Shown here: positions 9,148 to 10,212 of the stretch, in pieces
Numbering within the stretch: the first letter of the stretch is position 1
Layout of the letters: every line of letters starts with the position of its first letter
Origin: Ramazzottius varieornatus
Lineage: Eukaryota > Animalia > Tardigrada
Direction of reading: 5' to 3'
NCBI GenBank assembly: GCA_001949185.1
Contig: BDGG01000035.1
Span: 1 to 10,212, forward strand
Length of the DNA stretch: 10,212 nucleotides
Notes under the pieces: model-generated
Databases searched by the model: none
Told to the model about the DNA's origin: nothing
Seen by the model: the letters and a program-made list of their open reading frames with translations, nothing else
Translations under genes and position numbers: made by a program

Positions 9148-9729
9148 ATGTATCAAAACGGCTCTGAAGCGGACTTCTTTCTGCACAACATACCTGCAGA
9201 GTGGTTACGAGCGTGGTCTATTTTTTCCTTGTTGCTGATAACCACGGCGGCTTCGTTCAATGGATTTAACCTCTTCGCCTTGCTCCTGCACTGTTGCAGA
9301 TTCAAGTTCAGTCCAACGCGGAACTTGTTGGTGATACTTTTCATCCACGACCTTCTCTTGTCCGCTTTCTTTTATCCAGCCATCATCGAGAACCTAGTCA
9401 ACGGCAATCATGGCTTATGGAAGAACGTAGAACTTTGTCAGGTCTTTGGCTTCTGCAACACGTTCTGCTCGATGCACACCACCTTCATGGGCGCCCAGAT
9501 CGCGCTTTATCGCACCTTTGTCACATCCCAGAACCACAACAACAGTCGTGTGCTGGATCGGAAGGAGAGGCTGGCTGTCAAGATCATGGTTACAACAACG
9601 ACCATAATTGGCCTAGTGACGGCCAGTGTACCCTTCATGTTTACCGACGAAATGGAAATCAAACCACCCTATGGATTTTGCGGGCCGAACACGCACCAAT
9701 ATGCGAAAGGAATCCAGATCGTTAAGATG
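9148..9729 (+). CDS. Class A (rhodopsin-like) orphan GPCR, coding exon 1 (N-terminus to start of TM5)
   Basis: ATG at 9148 and an N-terminal sequon NGS. TM1 WSIFSLLLITTAASFNGFNLFALLL; TM2 LLVILFIHDLLLSAFFYP with the conserved Asp; ECL1 Trp and TM3 Cys (LWKNVELCQVFGF); DRY-equivalent IALYRT; TM4 ending SVPF; ECL2 Cys (YGFCG). A phase-0 donor ATG|GTATAC at 9730 joins in frame to the acceptor at 9919. Confidence 0.88.
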
Positions 9730-9919
9730 GTATACGAGAAACTAGACGGTGACGAATAAACTCATGAAAATCGACTTGCCAGGTGGCGCACTCTCCTGGC
9801 CAACAACAACGTGAACATGCGCCACTCAAGACAACAATCTGGCTGAACTCGTTTGCCAACTTCCCAGAAACTGCATTCAGTTAAAGCTACTACATGTATA
9901 TGATTATCATTTCTTGCAG
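9730..9919 (+). other. GT-AG intron (190 nt) of the GPCR
   Basis: The donor GTATAC at 9730 is weak, but the acceptor TCATTTCTTGCAG ending at 9919 is strong. Splicing gives a continuous TM5: GIQIVKM|VIWVFVPSLITLASYLKIY. Confidence 0.75.
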
Positions 9920-10212
9920 GTCATATGGGTTTTCGTTCCATCTCTGATCACCCTGGCAAGCTACCTGAAAATATACACCGGCTTAAAGAGACGGCGCGAT
10001 GCTTTCTACGAGTCTACGTCTACTCCCAGTCCGCAAGACGAACGAAGACTTACGGCCTCTTACAGTGCCTCTTTACACTGTTCGGAAGCGAGGCGGTGCT
10101 CGCGTTCGACGTGTCAACCACCAACCGAAACTACCACCGAGCAGGAAGTCGTTTGAAGAGGTTGTCCAGAAAGATGCTGGCTATGCTCCTAACCAAGCTG
10201 ACAGCTCACATG
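9920..10212 (+). pseudogene. GPCR exon 2 (TM5 to TM7, truncated by the window) with an apparent frameshift
   Basis: TM5 VFVPSLITLASYLKIY shows the class A P...Y pattern, but this frame runs into polar sequence and stops at TGA 10154-10156. The -1 frame is open to the window end and reads YSQSARRTKTYGLLQCLFTLFGSEAVLAF (TM6-like) ... RKMLAMLLTKLTAHM (TM7-like). This is either a real lesion or an assembly error. Confidence 0.65.

Noticed and set aside
9294-9725. 143-aa alternative-frame ORF inside GPCR exon 1
   Set aside because: It starts at a non-ATG codon, has no motifs and is a likely by-product of the GPCR's codon usage.
1-10212. CRISPR array, tRNA/rRNA, intact transposon or prokaryotic defence system
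   Set aside because: I saw no regularly spaced repeats, RNA gene signatures, terminal repeats or transposase/RT motifs, and the sequence has spliceosomal intron structure.

Overview
This is eukaryotic (animal) genomic DNA with short GT-AG introns and roughly balanced GC, consistent with a compact invertebrate genome; tardigrade-like is only a guess. I found no prokaryotic operon, CRISPR array or RNA gene. (1) On the + strand from 9148 to the window end is a class A (rhodopsin-like) orphan GPCR with two exons. Its second exon needs a -1 frame change between TM5 and TM6. (2) On the - strand, about 8273 to 1192 reads as a heavily decayed multi-exon ionotropic glutamate receptor (iGluR) relic, found by stitching frames by hand across splice sites. 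It has S1, pore/M3, S2 and M4-like remnants at its 3' end, preceded by what look like three, possibly four, tandem amino-terminal (ANF_receptor/LIVBP-like) domains instead of the usual one. This architecture is the most interesting signal, but it rests on motif recognition in degenerate sequence and needs HMM confirmation. (3) Positions ~150-900 hold unassigned ORFs.
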